24,558 bases of DNA from a virus (lineage: Duplodnaviria; Caudoviricetes). This document shows positions 24,303 through 24,558 of this stretch, piece after piece (the first letter of the stretch is position 1; every line of letters starts with the position of its first letter). Location of the stretch: positions 1-24,558 of the IMG/VR virus record IMGVR_UViG_3300025396_000072. One strand, given 5' to 3'. The notes beneath the pieces are model-generated. The model was given only the letters and a program-made list of their open reading frames with translations, was not told the DNA's origin and ran no database searches. The translations under genes were made by a program, and so were the position numbers.

Positions 24303-24557
24303 CTAGGACTTAGGAGTTATGGCGGCAATTTGTGCTTGCAAAATGGTCAATTGAGCAGACAGTTCTTCCGGCGTTGGCGCAGCCGGAGCAGGCGCTGGTG
24401 CAGGCAATGCAGGTGCTTCAAAAGCATCATTTACATAGGTATAACCAATGTGAACATTAACATTGTCAACATTGATGGCTATAAAACCACTCGGCGGAGA
24501 CCACTCTGGGCCGCCGTCCCACTCAATGATGTTTTCAACAACATTTGTCTTGGTATT
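24303..24557 (-). CDS. tail-fibre-associated / assembly-type protein (partial, begins beyond window end)
   Basis: Read by hand: ...NVVENIIEWDGGPEWSPPSG...HIGYTYVNDAFEAPALPAPAPAP...ITPKS*; pattern typical of small ORFs following tail fibres. Confidence 0.62.
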   Translation of the reverse strand, partial: NTKTNVVENIIEWDGGPEWSPPSGFIAINVDNVNVHIGYTYVNDAFEAPALPAPAPAPAAPTPEELSAQLTILQAQIAAITPKS

Positions 24558-24558
24558 C

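Noticed and set aside
1-24558. Stop-codon reassignment or an integrated prophage boundary
   Set aside because: Genes are intact and tightly coupled under the standard code using TAA, TAG and TGA stops. No host genes, integrase or att-like junction were seen.

Overview
The window is a densely coded, continuous stretch of a tailed dsDNA bacteriophage genome, most likely podovirus-like, infecting a Gram-negative host (it encodes an embedded spanin pair). No host housekeeping genes, integrase, tRNA, rRNA or CRISPR array were seen. There are three transcription blocks. (1) A leftward early/replication operon (1-4596): Cro-like HTH, DUF1376/YdaU-type initiator with an internal lambda-like origin, SF4 helicase, RusA and small hypotheticals. 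(2) A short rightward block (4712-6452) from a divergent promoter: small acidic ORF, SSB-like protein, PD-(D/E)xK exonuclease, small ORF. (3) A long leftward late block (6505-24558): tail-fibre-associated ORF, TIGR02466-like Fe dioxygenase, small proteins, an expanded lysis cassette (membrane proteins, Cys-rich lipoprotein, Rz/Rz1, GH19 endolysin), head-tail adaptor, tail protein, nozzle-like protein and five low-complexity internal/ejection-type proteins, ending at an intrinsic terminator. Two signals stand out in the ejection cluster. First, about a dozen x-[AK]-x-G-G motifs accompany a 'GPGTGxSDxIPA.L.DGEYV' domain, suggesting a proteolytically processed virion polyprotein. Second, two adjacent proteins carry 22 scattered cysteines (21 TGC) while their three neighbours have none; this may be linked to a three-His dioxygenase. 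All family assignments are from motif recognition, not database searches.
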